From: Actinomycetota bacterium
GTDB taxonomy: Bacteria; Actinomycetota; Actinomycetes; Actinomycetales; Microbacteriaceae
Reading direction: 5' to 3'
Assembly: GCA_041191645.1 (NCBI GenBank)
Contig: JBEEOK010000066.1
Coordinates: forward strand, 53,232 to 117,231
DNA length: 64,000 bases
Positions 1 through 9,357 of this stretch are shown piece by piece (position 1 is the stretch's first letter; every line of letters starts with the position of its first letter). A program made the position numbers and the translations under genes. The notes below the pieces were generated by a model. The model saw only the letters and a list, made by a program, of their open reading frames with translations. It was not told the origin of the DNA and did not search any database.

Positions 1-653
1 CGACTGGTCTTGATCTAACCGAAGCCCGTATTGTCACCGCCTGTGCGGTGGAGCTCGATGAAAACGGTCAAATTGTTGGCAAGAACGTTGAATGGCTAGC
101 AAATCCAGGAATCGCCATTCCTACCGCCGCAAGTGACGTTCACGGGGTCACCACCGAACTAGCTCAGCGAGACGGAAGACCAGCAGTCGAGGTGGTTGCT
201 GAGATTATCGAGACTCTGCACGGGTTTTTTGCTCGTGGATTACCCGTAGTTGCCTACAACGCCCCGTACGACTTTACGATTCTGCACTTTGAGGCCTTGA
301 GGCATGGGTTAGAACCTCTGAAACTTGGTAGCGTTATTGACCCTTTGGTGATTGATAAGTTCAAAGACAAGTTCCGCAAGGGCAAACGCCGCCTCGAGAA
401 TGCGGCCGAGTTTTACAAGGTAGACCTCGATGATGCTCACAATGCCACAGCTGACGCAGTTGCAGCAGGGCGCGTAGCTCAAGCCATCGCAAGGCGGTGG
501 GCATACGAGCTGCCGTCCAGCCCGGCCGACCTTCATGCCGTGCAGGTCACCTGGAGTGAGTATCTAGATTCAGATTTTGAAAACTACATGCGCCGCGGCG
601 TAAATCCAGATTTTACGGTCAAGCGAGGCTGGCCGCTAAAGCTGGAAGGCTAG
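1..653 (+). CDS. DEDDh 3'-5' exonuclease (DNA pol III epsilon-like), 5'-truncated by window edge
   Basis: Frame is open from base 3 (TGLDLTEARIVTA...). Motifs 'A.DVHG.T', 'VAYNAPYDFTIL' and 'AHNATADA' match ExoI-III of the DEDDh family. Confidence 0.85.
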   Translation, partial: TGLDLTEARIVTACAVELDENGQIVGKNVEWLANPGIAIPTAASDVHGVTTELAQRDGRPAVEVVAEIIETLHGFFARGLPVVAYNAPYDFTILHFEALRHGLEPLKLGSVIDPLVIDKFKDKFRKGKRRLENAAEFYKVDLDDAHNATADAVAAGRVAQAIARRWAYELPSSPADLHAVQVTWSEYLDSDFENYMRRGVNPDFTVKRGWPLKLEG

Positions 654-667
654 CTGGCTGTTAAAAC

Positions 668-695
668 AAAAAACCCGGCCTAGGCCGGGTTTTTT
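668..695. terminator. Bidirectional intrinsic terminator
   Basis: Perfect palindrome AAAAAACCCGGCCTAGGCCGGGTTTTTT between the convergent exonuclease and rpmE2. Confidence 0.85.
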
Positions 696-813
696 ATTGG
701 TCTCAACCTGCAGACTGTGTGGACAATCTGCGATCTCGCGGAGCCATAGGCTCCGAAGTTTGGTTTTGTTTTTGCCGCCGAGACGGACTTGGCTAAAACA
801 GCAGTGGCTGAAA

Positions 814-1065
814 TTACGCGCCGAAGCCCTTGTAGCGTGCGTTGAAGCGCTCTACACGACCAGCAGCATCCATGATGCGCTGCTTACCGGTGTAGAAAGG
901 GTGTGACTCAGATGAGATTTCAACGTCGAAAACCGGGTAGGTGTTTCCGTCTTCCCACTCGATGGTCTTGCTGCTGCCAACGGTTGAGCGAGTAAGGAAC
1001 GCTACACCCGATGCCAAGTCGCGGAATACGACTGCTTCGTACTTTGGGTGAATGTCTGCCTTCAT
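814..1065 (-). CDS. rpmE2: 50S ribosomal protein L31 type B (zinc-independent)
   Basis: [22 protein letters not shown]...[15 protein letters not shown]; no CxxC pairs. Start moved to the ATG at 1065, which has GGAG upstream. Confidence 0.95.
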   Translation of the reverse strand: MKADIHPKYEAVVFRDLASGVAFLTRSTVGSSKTIEWEDGNTYPVFDVEISSESHPFYTGKQRIMDAAGRVERFNARYKGFGA

Positions 1066-1124
1066 GGGAAAACTCCGTAATAATCGAAAACTTTTGGGAT
1101 TGCGCCATAAGGCACTAAAGGACA

Positions 1125-1154
1125 AGCATACCAGTTTTCAGGCTTGTCCGGCAA
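1125..1154 (-). promoter_or_regulatory. Sigma-A-type promoter of rpmE2
   Basis: TTGCCG-18 nt-TATGCT on the minus strand. Confidence 0.5.
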
Positions 1155-1160
1155 CTACCT

Positions 1161-1949
1161 CTAGTGTTTGTTGGCCCGAACTCTGAAGCGACCCTCTTCG
1201 AAGTCAACCTTGAGGCTGAACCCAAAAACTTCGGAGATTTTTTCAGAGGTAAGCGTGGCGTGGATGTCGCCGGCGGCAAAGATCTGACCCTCGCGAATCA
1301 GCAAGGCGTGAGTGAAGCCCTCAGGGATCTCCTCGAGGTGATGGGTCACCATAACCATGGCCGGAGCCAGAGGGTGCGATGCATACTCGCCAATTATGTT
1401 GATGGTTTGTTCCCGGGCAGCCAGGTCAAGACTCGCTACAGGTTCATCGAGCAACAGAACCTCAGGGTCTGGCATGACGGCACGAGCAATTTGGGTGCGC
1501 TTGCGTTCGCCATCGCTAAGAGTTCCGAAAGCGCGATCTGCAAAATCAGATAACTGCCACTCCGCAAGAACTCGGCGGGCACGGCGTTCATCGATGTCTT
1601 CGTATTTCTCGTTCCAACGGCCGGTCACACCGTAACTGGCGGTCATTACTGCGTTGAGCACCGACTCAGAATTTGGAATATGAGCCGCCAAAGAGGTTGA
1701 GGCAAAGCCGATTCGGGTGCGCAGCTCAAACACGTTGATCTCCCCCATGCGCTCACCAAGAATGGTGGCTTGGCCGAGACTCGGGTGAATTTGGGCTGCT
1801 GCAACGCGTAGCAAGGTGGTTTTACCTGCGCCATTTGGGCCCACAATCACCCAGCGCTGATTTGGCTCTACCTGCCAATCAACATTGTTCAAAATGTTGC
1901 GGCCCTCACGGACCACCGTTACGTTGTTTAGATCAATGACGCGAGACAT
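1161..1949 (-). CDS. ABC transporter ATP-binding protein (ModF-like, no adjacent permease)
   Basis: Walker A GPNGAGKT, signature LSDGERKR, Walker B LLLDEP, and VTHHLEEIP. Confidence 0.85.
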   Translation of the reverse strand: MSRVIDLNNVTVVREGRNILNNVDWQVEPNQRWVIVGPNGAGKTTLLRVAAAQIHPSLGQATILGERMGEINVFELRTRIGFASTSLAAHIPNSESVLNAVMTASYGVTGRWNEKYEDIDERRARRVLAEWQLSDFADRAFGTLSDGERKRTQIARAVMPDPEVLLLDEPVASLDLAAREQTINIIGEYASHPLAPAMVMVTHHLEEIPEGFTHALLIREGQIFAAGDIHATLTSEKISEVFGFSLKVDFEEGRFRVRANKH

Positions 1950-1954
1950 GCCCT

Positions 1955-3151
1955 TTAGCCTATGTGCTTGCCGTTGATTGCCTTCTCATAGACACCAATT
2001 GTTTCCGCGGCAATGCTGTCCCAGCTGAAGTGTTGCTCAACTCGTCTGCGGCCAGCCGCACCGAATTCGTCGATATTTGGACTCGCGAGCATTTCATTCA
2101 GAGCAGCGGCAAAATCAGACACAAACTTGGCCTCATCCAGCGGCTTACCGCTGCCGTCCATGAGTTGTTCAATCTGAACGAGTAGGCCAGTTTCGCCGTG
2201 GGCAACTACCTCAGGAATACCGCCGGTGGCAGTTGCTACCACTGGTGTTCCACAAGCCATGGCCTCAAGGTTCACGATTCCAAGCGGTTCATAAATTGAT
2301 GGGCAGGCAAACACCGTGGCGGCCGAAAGCATGGCGATTAGCTCTGCGCGGCTCAAGTGCTTTTCAACCCAAATAACGTTGTCTCGAACCTTGCGTAGTT
2401 CTGCCACAAGATCGGTGACCTCTTGCAAAATCTGTGGGGTGTCTGGCGCTCCAGCGCAAAGAACCAGCTGCACATCGCTAGGAAGTTCCCGCGCCGCCTT
2501 TAGAAGGTAAGGCAATCCCTTTTGCATGGTGATGCGACCAACAAAGACCACTGAGCGCTTCTCTGGATCCACCCCATTCGCTCTCACCAAGTCTGGGTTG
2601 TCAGCTGCCTGAAATGCATCTAGGTCGATTCCATTGTGAACCACAGCAACTTTTTGCGGGTCAAGTTGTGGGTACGCGCGAAGAATGTCTTTTCTCATTC
2701 CATCAGACACAGCAATGATTCCGGTAGCACCCTCGTAGGCGGTTCTTTCCACCCAAGATGAGAGTCGGTATCCCCCACCGAGTTGCTGCTCTTTCCATGG
2801 GCGCAAGGGTTCAAGACTGTGGGCAGTAATCAAATGAGGAATTCCGTGGAGGGTTCCGGCAACCTGACCGGCAAAGTTTGCGTACCAGGTGTGGGAGTGC
2901 ACTAAATCTGCGCCGGCAATTGCCGACACCATGCTCAAATCGGTGGCCATGGTCTGCAAAGCGCCGTTTACCGCATCAAACTCGGCACTGTGACGGTATG
3001 CAAATGTATCGTTTTCATTACGGTCTTCACCAAAACAGTGCACCTTAACATCGATCTGTTTTCGCAAAACTCTCACTAATTCAGCGACATGTACGCCCGC
3101 ACCGCCGTAAATGAACGGTGGATATTCCTTAGTGATCAGATCGATTCTCAT
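1955..3151 (-). CDS. glgA: Actinobacterial GlgA/GlgM (alpha-maltose-1-phosphate synthase, GT4)
   Basis: EYPP.IYGGAGVHV, HSHTWYAN, HSLEPLRPWKEQQLGGGY, YEPLGIVNLEAMAC; divergent from glgC. Confidence 0.92.
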   Translation of the reverse strand: MRIDLITKEYPPFIYGGAGVHVAELVRVLRKQIDVKVHCFGEDRNENDTFAYRHSAEFDAVNGALQTMATDLSMVSAIAGADLVHSHTWYANFAGQVAGTLHGIPHLITAHSLEPLRPWKEQQLGGGYRLSSWVERTAYEGATGIIAVSDGMRKDILRAYPQLDPQKVAVVHNGIDLDAFQAADNPDLVRANGVDPEKRSVVFVGRITMQKGLPYLLKAARELPSDVQLVLCAGAPDTPQILQEVTDLVAELRKVRDNVIWVEKHLSRAELIAMLSAATVFACPSIYEPLGIVNLEAMACGTPVVATATGGIPEVVAHGETGLLVQIEQLMDGSGKPLDEAKFVSDFAAALNEMLASPNIDEFGAAGRRRVEQHFSWDSIAAETIGVYEKAINGKHIG

Positions 3152-3197
3152 AGCGCCATGTTATCTGCCCTTCATAAAGGACTAATAACATTTCGGT

Positions 3198-4439
3198 ATG
3201 AGCACTCCACGTATCTTCGGAATGGTCCTTGCCGGCGGTGAAGGAAAGCGCTTGATGCCTCTAACGGCAGACCGCGCGAAACCTGCAGTGCCTTTTGGGG
3301 GAAGTTATCGTCTAATCGATTTTGCGTTGTCAAACCTGATCAATTCGGGGTTGCGACGCATTGTTGTTTTGACTCAGTACAAGTCACACAGCCTTGACCG
3401 CCACATCTCGCAGACCTGGCGCATGTCACCACTTTTGGGCGCGTACGTGGCTTCTGTGCCGGCACAGCAGCGTTTGGGAAAGCGTTGGTTCTCGGGCAGT
3501 GCTGACGCAATCTTGCAGAGCATGAACCTGCTCAGTGACGAACGCCCTGACATTGTGGTTGTAGTTGGCGCGGACCACGTTTATCGCATGGACTTCGATC
3601 AGATGATTGATGCGCACATCAAATCCGGCCGCGGCGTTACAGTAGCTGCCATTCGTCAACCGCTATCTCTGGCTAACCAATTTGGTGTCATTGAAGTCGA
3701 TGAAAAAGACAACACCAAAATCGCAGCCTTCCGCGAGAAGCCGAGTGATCCAAAGGGTCTACCTGACAGCCCAGGTGAAGTTCTGGCATCGATGGGTAAC
3801 TATGTTTTCAGTGCGCAGGCGCTAATTGATGCCATTGAGCACGACGGTACTCTAGAGGATTCGTCCCACGACATGGGTGGCGACATCGTGCCTTATATGG
3901 TTGCTCGCGATGATGCGGGAGTTTATGACTTCACCTACAACGAGATTCCCGGTTCAACCGAGCGCGACCACTCTTACTGGCGCGACGTGGGAACCATGGA
4001 CTCCTACTACGAAGCTCACATGGACCTAATCTCTGTGATGCCGGTATTCAACCTCTACAATTCTGAATGGCCAGTCCACACCCAGCAGATCAACTTGCCA
4101 CCGGCAAAGTTCGTCCACGATGGAGAAGGCAACCAAGGTAGAACCACAGACTCGATTGTTTCGTTGGGAACCGTGGTTTCCGGTGGCATCGTAGAGCGTT
4201 CGGTATTGTCTCCGAATGTTCGGGTTCACTCACGAGCACTAATTACTGACTCGATTTTGCTAGATGGCGTCCAAGTTGGCCGCGATTGCACCGTTCGAAA
4301 GGCTATCCTCGACAAGAGCGTTGTCGTTGCCGATGGCGCCTCGATTGGTGTCGATAAGCAAAGAGATCTTGATCGCGGCTTTTTTGTCACCGACTCGGGA
4401 ATCACCGTTGTTGGAAAGGGCGTTCTGGTTACACCGTGA
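3198..4439 (+). CDS. glgC: Glucose-1-phosphate adenylyltransferase
   Basis: [40 protein letters not shown]. Confidence 0.97.
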   Translation: MSTPRIFGMVLAGGEGKRLMPLTADRAKPAVPFGGSYRLIDFALSNLINSGLRRIVVLTQYKSHSLDRHISQTWRMSPLLGAYVASVPAQQRLGKRWFSGSADAILQSMNLLSDERPDIVVVVGADHVYRMDFDQMIDAHIKSGRGVTVAAIRQPLSLANQFGVIEVDEKDNTKIAAFREKPSDPKGLPDSPGEVLASMGNYVFSAQALIDAIEHDGTLEDSSHDMGGDIVPYMVARDDAGVYDFTYNEIPGSTERDHSYWRDVGTMDSYYEAHMDLISVMPVFNLYNSEWPVHTQQINLPPAKFVHDGEGNQGRTTDSIVSLGTVVSGGIVERSVLSPNVRVHSRALITDSILLDGVQVGRDCTVRKAILDKSVVVADGASIGVDKQRDLDRGFFVTDSGITVVGKGVLVTP

Positions 4440-5068
4440 CCAAGTTTTTAGTGGTTTTTGATGTTGATTCAACTCTCATCGAAGACGAAGTAATTGAATT
4501 ATTGGCTGATGTGGCTGGCAAACGTGCTGAGGTAGCCGCTGTTACCGAGCGCGCCATGGCAGGTGAACTAGATTTTGCCGAAAGTTTGGTGGAGCGCGTT
4601 CGTGCGCTCGCCGGACTCCCGGAATCGGTGTTTGCCGAGGTTTTCCAAAGAATCCGAATCACTGCCGGCGCGCAGGAGCTCATCGATGCTGTTCATGCGG
4701 CGGGCGGCCTGGTAGGTGCGGTCTCAGGCGGGTTTACCCAGGTATTGGCACCTTTGGCCCAAAATCTGGGTCTGGATTTTGCTCGTGCAAACGATCTTGA
4801 GGTTGTTGACGGTCTATTGACCGGAAAAGTGCAGGGCAAGATCATTGATCGGGCAGCCAAGGCTGAAGCTCTAATTGAATGGGCAGCGGCTGCAGGTTTT
4901 GATCTAGAGCAGACGGTTGCGGTTGGCGATGGAGCCAATGACTTGGATATGCTGGCTGCTGCCGGTTTGGGCGTTGGTTTCAATTGCAAGCCAATTGTGC
5001 GCGAGAACGCTGACTACGTTCTCGAGGGGCACGATCTCTCAGCCCTGATCCCAGTGCTTAAGCTCTAG
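4436..5068 (+). CDS. serB: Phosphoserine phosphatase (HAD, no ACT domain)
   Basis: [32 protein letters not shown]; GTGA overlap with glgC. Confidence 0.92.
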   Translation: MTKFLVVFDVDSTLIEDEVIELLADVAGKRAEVAAVTERAMAGELDFAESLVERVRALAGLPESVFAEVFQRIRITAGAQELIDAVHAAGGLVGAVSGGFTQVLAPLAQNLGLDFARANDLEVVDGLLTGKVQGKIIDRAAKAEALIEWAAAAGFDLEQTVAVGDGANDLDMLAAAGLGVGFNCKPIVRENADYVLEGHDLSALIPVLKL

Positions 5069-5080
5069 CAAGATTTGTAA

Positions 5081-5113
5081 AGAAAAAACCGCACCATAGG
5101 TGCGGTTTTTTCT
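5081..5113. terminator. Bidirectional intrinsic terminator
   Basis: AGAAAAAACCGCACC-ATA-GGTGCGGTTTTTTCT between convergent serB and fabG. Confidence 0.85.
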
Positions 5114-5123
5114 GTTTTAAGAA

Positions 5124-5834
5124 CTAGTGGCCCATGCCTAATCCGCCATCAACAGGAATTACGGCGCCCGAGATGTAACTGGCGTCTTCGCTGGCTAACC
5201 AGGACACAACGCGGGCAACTTCGTCTGGCTGAGCAAAACGGCCAGCTGGAATCTTCTTTTTGTATTCGTCTTGCTGCGCTTCTGGCAATTCGGCTGTCAT
5301 GTCTGTGTCAATAAAACCCGGTGCTACTACGTTTGCTGTGATTCCGCGGCTGCCTAGCTCGCGAGTAATTGAACGCGCCATGCCCACCAAAGCGGATTTA
5401 GCCGCCGAGTAGTTCACTTGGCCAGCCGAACCTAGAAGTCCAACCACGCTTCCGATGAGAATTACGCGCCCGAATCGAGCTTTGATCATGCCTTTGGTCG
5501 CGCGGCGCACAACACGGAATACGCCATTCAAGTTGGTGTCGATGACTTCTTCGAACTCTTCATCGGTCATGCGCATTAGCAGGGTGTCGCGAGTGATGCC
5601 GGCATTAGCGACCAAAATTTCAATAGCACCAAGCTTTTCTTCTACCTCGGCGAAAGCTGCATCAAGAGTCTGAGGCTTAGTTACATCAGCAATAACGCAG
5701 AGCGAACCTTCTGGGCCCGAACCGCTGCGAACGGTGACAGCCACACGGTGGCCCTGGCGAATGAATTCTTCGGCGATTGAACGACCAATGCCTCGGTTGC
5801 CGCCGGTTACTAGAACTGTTCTTGGAGTTGTCAT
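5124..5834 (-). CDS. fabG: 3-oxoacyl-ACP reductase (SDR, FabG1/MabA-like)
   Basis: TGGNRGIG, NAGITRD, YSAAK, C-terminal PVDGGLGMGH. Confidence 0.92.
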   Translation of the reverse strand: MTTPRTVLVTGGNRGIGRSIAEEFIRQGHRVAVTVRSGSGPEGSLCVIADVTKPQTLDAAFAEVEEKLGAIEILVANAGITRDTLLMRMTDEEFEEVIDTNLNGVFRVVRRATKGMIKARFGRVILIGSVVGLLGSAGQVNYSAAKSALVGMARSITRELGSRGITANVVAPGFIDTDMTAELPEAQQDEYKKKIPAGRFAQPDEVARVVSWLASEDASYISGAVIPVDGGLGMGH

Positions 5835-5949
5835 TGACTATTCTCTTTCAGGGAATACAACCGAGGTTGTCGCTCTTGGGACAAGTGAAGTCTACCTTTT
5901 GCAGTAATCTGAGTCGGTATCTTTAGGTATTTGAGAGTGGTGATCGATT

Positions 5950-6252
5950 TTGAGTGAGACTCAGAGTGTGACCTCGATCGGTCAATCCCCTGAGGCCGAG
6001 CGTAAAGCTCGAATGGTCAAGTACCTCATTGCCATGATCGTTCGCATGGTTTGCCTAGTGTTGGCTCTGGTTGTGCAGGGTTGGTTGGCATGGGTTTTTG
6101 CGGCCGGTGCAGTTCTGTTGCCTTACTTTGCCGTGGTTTTGGCAAACGCAGTGGTTACCAACGACAAACCCAAGTTAGCTACCGCCGTTGCACCCAAACT
6201 GGTTATTTCAGCAGATCAATTCTCAACAGCAAGCAAGCCTGAGGAAAACTAA
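5950..6252 (+). CDS. DUF3099-like small membrane protein
   Basis: R...Y.I.M..R..C and LPYFAVVLAN patterns, two TM helices, position upstream of SURF1. TTG start is uncertain. Confidence 0.7.
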   Translation: MSETQSVTSIGQSPEAERKARMVKYLIAMIVRMVCLVLALVVQGWLAWVFAAGAVLLPYFAVVLANAVVTNDKPKLATAVAPKLVISADQFSTASKPEEN

Positions 6253-6255
6253 CCT

Positions 6256-6456
6256 TTGCTAGGTCTCGCTCCCCCGAATGTTCAGTGCTCTCGCGCCGGT
6301 TGCAGTGCTGATGCAACCGACAAGTTAATTTGGGCAAACCCTAAAATTCACACCGATGGCAGGACCAAAACCTGGCTCGCTTGTAACGAGCATCTGCAGT
6401 TTCTGATTGAATATCTAGAAACCCGCGGATTTCTGCAATCAACTGAATTGATCTAA
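6256..6456 (+). CDS. Conserved small actinobacterial putative Zn-finger protein (C-x4-C...C-x2-H)
   Basis: CSRAGC...W.NPKIH...R.KTWLAC.EH...L..YL..RGF; TAATG coupling to SURF1. Confidence 0.7.
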   Translation: MLGLAPPNVQCSRAGCSADATDKLIWANPKIHTDGRTKTWLACNEHLQFLIEYLETRGFLQSTELI

Positions 6457-7286
6457 TGACCACCAAGAAAACTAATGCCTTAGCCGACAGCTGGAAGCGT
6501 TGGCTAGCCTGGCTGGTGGCTGCATCGGTGTTTGCAGTTGGTTGTGTCTTTCTTTCGGATTGGCAATTTGATCGCCGCCAAGAGGCAGTAAACAAAATCC
6601 AATTGGTTTCGGCAAACTACGACCAGAGCCCAGCCGAATTGGCCGATTTAGTCAAAGATGGCCAGTTTGACCCGGCAAACGAATGGCGCCCGGTCTTACT
6701 CGAGGGCAGTTTCATGCCAGACAAAGCCGTCTTGGTGAGAAACCGGCCCTACAACGGCCAACCAGGTTTCCTGCAGGTGGTTCCATTTGAGACCACCAAT
6801 GGTGTGATTGTGGCAATTGAAACAGGATGGTTGCCAACTGGTTCAAAGCAGGACTCGCCGGATGTTGTTCCGCTTCCTTCGAGTGACGTACTGCAGATTA
6901 TTGCCAGGCTAAGACCATCCGAGCCGACCTTGAATCGCAATGCACCAGCTGGGCAATTAGGCACACTAAACGTGGAGAAACTGGTGTCAAAGGTTAATTT
7001 GCAGGGTAATGTGCTGACCTCTGCGTATTTGCGCCTTGCCACCTCCTACGACAGCACCAAGCCGTGGCCAAAGGTTTTAGCTAAACCAGAGCTGACCGAA
7101 GGAAACCACCTGAGCTATGCACTCCAGTGGATTCTCTTTGCCTTGATGGCCTTTACCGCCTTGATTTGGGGAATCAGACAGGAGGTCAGATTCAAGCGCA
7201 TGGCAACCGACGAGACCTATAGGCCAAAGACACGCAAGAAGATCGGTGATGCCGATAAAGCGGCAGAAGACGCTCTTCTAGGTTAG
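6456..7286 (+). CDS. SURF1 family protein
   Basis: N-terminal TM followed by WQFDR, VRNRP, GWLP, and C-terminal HLSYALQW.LFA. Confidence 0.88.
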   Translation: MTTKKTNALADSWKRWLAWLVAASVFAVGCVFLSDWQFDRRQEAVNKIQLVSANYDQSPAELADLVKDGQFDPANEWRPVLLEGSFMPDKAVLVRNRPYNGQPGFLQVVPFETTNGVIVAIETGWLPTGSKQDSPDVVPLPSSDVLQIIARLRPSEPTLNRNAPAGQLGTLNVEKLVSKVNLQGNVLTSAYLRLATSYDSTKPWPKVLAKPELTEGNHLSYALQWILFALMAFTALIWGIRQEVRFKRMATDETYRPKTRKKIGDADKAAEDALLG

Positions 7287-7333
7287 AGACAAACCAAAAG
7301 GGGCCTTCTCTGTTGCCCAAATGCCGGCATGAA

Positions 7334-8932
7334 CTAGCTGAGAGCGATCAGGTCGGCGTAGCCGTCGTTCCAGTGGTCTTCATCGCCATCAGGCAAAATC
7401 AAGACACGCTCGGGGTTTAGTGCCAACACAGCACCAACGTCGTGGCTGACTAGGACCACCGCGCCGGTGAAGGTGCTCAGTGCGCGAAGAATTTCTTCAC
7501 GGCTGGCTGGGTCAAGGTTGTTGGTTGGTTCGTCGAGCAAAAGCACATTGGCCGATGACACCACGAGTGAAGCCAGTGCCAAACGCGTCTTCTCGCCACC
7601 ACTCAGAACACCGGCAGGCTTGTTTACATCGTCGCCGGTGAAAAGGAATGAACCCAATACTTTGCGGGCATCGGTATCGGCCAACTGAGGCGCAGCCCGT
7701 TGCATGTTTTCAAGCACCGATTTCGAGACATCCAGGGTTTCGTGTTCCTGTGCGAAATACCCAATCTTTAGGCCATGACCGGGAACGATTTCGCCGGTAT
7801 CAGGTTTGTCGAGCCCCGCCAACATTCGCAACATTGTGGTTTTACCGGCACCGTTCATGCCGATAATGACCACCTTAGAACCCTTGTCGATGGCCAAATC
7901 AACCGCGGTGAAGATTTCGAGAGATCCGTAGCTCTTGCTCAAGTTATTTGCCATGAGCGGGGTGCGGCCACATGGTGCTGGATCAGGAAACTTAATCTTG
8001 GCTACGCGGTCAACTTCACGAACTTCATCAAGTTGATTCAAGAGCGACTCAGCTCGACGCACCATTTGCTTGGCGGCAACCGCTTTTGACGCCTTGGCGC
8101 CGAACTTGGCGGCTTGAATCTGTAGGGTGTTTGCCTTCTTTTCAGCAATCGCACGCTCGCGCTTACGACGCTCCTCATCGGTCTCACGAGCCTTTTGATA
8201 CTGCTTCCAGCCCATGTTGTAAATGTCAATCACACAGCGAATGGCATCTAGATAGAAAACGCGGTTGACGGTCTCTTCGACCAGATCAACATCGTGGCTG
8301 ATTACAATCAGGCCACCCTGATAGCTCTTTAAAAATTCGCGCAACCAGACCACAGAGTCGGCATCGAGGTGATTAGTAGGCTCATCGAGAATCATGGTCT
8401 CGGCGTTTGAAAACAGAATTCGAGCTAGCTCAATGCGGCGACGCTGACCACCTGAAAGGGTTTTCAGTGGTTGGTCAAGAATGTGATCCTTGAGGTTGAG
8501 ATTGCTGGCAATTGTTGCTGCTTCGGCTTCGGCAGCGTATCCACCAGCTGCCTGAAAGCGCTCTTCGAGTTCGGAGTAGCGGCTCATTGCACGATCGTAA
8601 ACAGCTTCATCGATGCTGCCCATGTCTTCGGTGCACTGTGCCATTTCGGCTGCAATGTCACCCAGACCTCTGGCGTTGAGAATTCTTGTGCGGGCAAGCT
8701 CTTCAGGGTCACCGGACCTTGGGTCCTGGGGCAGATAGCCAATCTCTCCCCCGCGTTGAACGTTTCCTTGTGACGGCTGCCCGTCACCGGCAAGAATTTT
8801 GGTCAGCGTGGTTTTACCAGCACCGTTTCGACCGACCAAGCCAACCTTGTCGCCTTTGTCGACTCGAAAATTCACGTTGGACATTAGCACGCGAGCCCCA
8901 ATGCGGATCTCTAGGTTGCTAACGCTAATCAT
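7334..8932 (-). CDS. ABC-F family ATPase (translation factor)
   Basis: Two ABC domains (GRNGAGKT/LSGGQ/LDEPTNHLD and GMNGAGKT/LSGGE/LDEPTNNLD) with no TM segments. Confidence 0.92.
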   Translation of the reverse strand: MISVSNLEIRIGARVLMSNVNFRVDKGDKVGLVGRNGAGKTTLTKILAGDGQPSQGNVQRGGEIGYLPQDPRSGDPEELARTRILNARGLGDIAAEMAQCTEDMGSIDEAVYDRAMSRYSELEERFQAAGGYAAEAEAATIASNLNLKDHILDQPLKTLSGGQRRRIELARILFSNAETMILDEPTNHLDADSVVWLREFLKSYQGGLIVISHDVDLVEETVNRVFYLDAIRCVIDIYNMGWKQYQKARETDEERRKRERAIAEKKANTLQIQAAKFGAKASKAVAAKQMVRRAESLLNQLDEVREVDRVAKIKFPDPAPCGRTPLMANNLSKSYGSLEIFTAVDLAIDKGSKVVIIGMNGAGKTTMLRMLAGLDKPDTGEIVPGHGLKIGYFAQEHETLDVSKSVLENMQRAAPQLADTDARKVLGSFLFTGDDVNKPAGVLSGGEKTRLALASLVVSSANVLLLDEPTNNLDPASREEILRALSTFTGAVVLVSHDVGAVLALNPERVLILPDGDEDHWNDGYADLIALS

Positions 8933-8978
8933 TTTGAATCTCCGTAGTTTCTAGTTTTGCCGGGATGGCGAAACACAC

Positions 8979-9011
8979 AAAAGCCCAAGTCTACAAGTTG
9001 TGACTTGGGCT
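8979..9011 (-). terminator. Probable terminator of the suf operon
   Basis: Minus strand AGCCCAAGTC-10 nt-GACTTGGGCT followed by TTT. Confidence 0.65.
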
Positions 9012-9025
9012 ATTGCTTTTAAGTT

Positions 9026-9355
9026 TTAGATCGAGAAGCCAATCGCGCGCATTTGTTCGCGACCATCTTCAGTGATTTTCTCTGGACCCCAAGGCGGCAT
9101 CCATACCCAGTTGATTCTGAAAGCCTCGACAACGCCATCCAGGGCCTCGGCGGTCTGCTCTTCAAGAACATCGGTGAGTGGGCAGCCGGCTGAGGTGAGT
9201 GTCATGTTGATTAGCAGGTTGCCATCTTCAGACTTTTGCAGCCCATAAATTAGGCCGAGGTCAACAATATTGACGCCAATTTCTGGGTCAATAACGTCTT
9301 TTAGAGCCTCAATTACGTTGTCGTAAAGAGTCGGGTCTAGTTCGGTTTCCGACAT
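9026..9355 (-). CDS. sufT: Fe-S assembly factor SufT (DUF59)
   Basis: DPEIGVNIVDLGLIY, MTLTSAGCPLTD, WVWMPPW. Confidence 0.9.
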   Translation of the reverse strand: MSETELDPTLYDNVIEALKDVIDPEIGVNIVDLGLIYGLQKSEDGNLLINMTLTSAGCPLTDVLEEQTAEALDGVVEAFRINWVWMPPWGPEKITEDGREQMRAIGFSI

Positions 9356-9357
9356 AT

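Noticed and set aside
697-906. 69-aa plus-strand ORF with CxxC
   Set aside because: Starts immediately after a terminator with TTG and no SD, and overlaps rpmE2 antisense.
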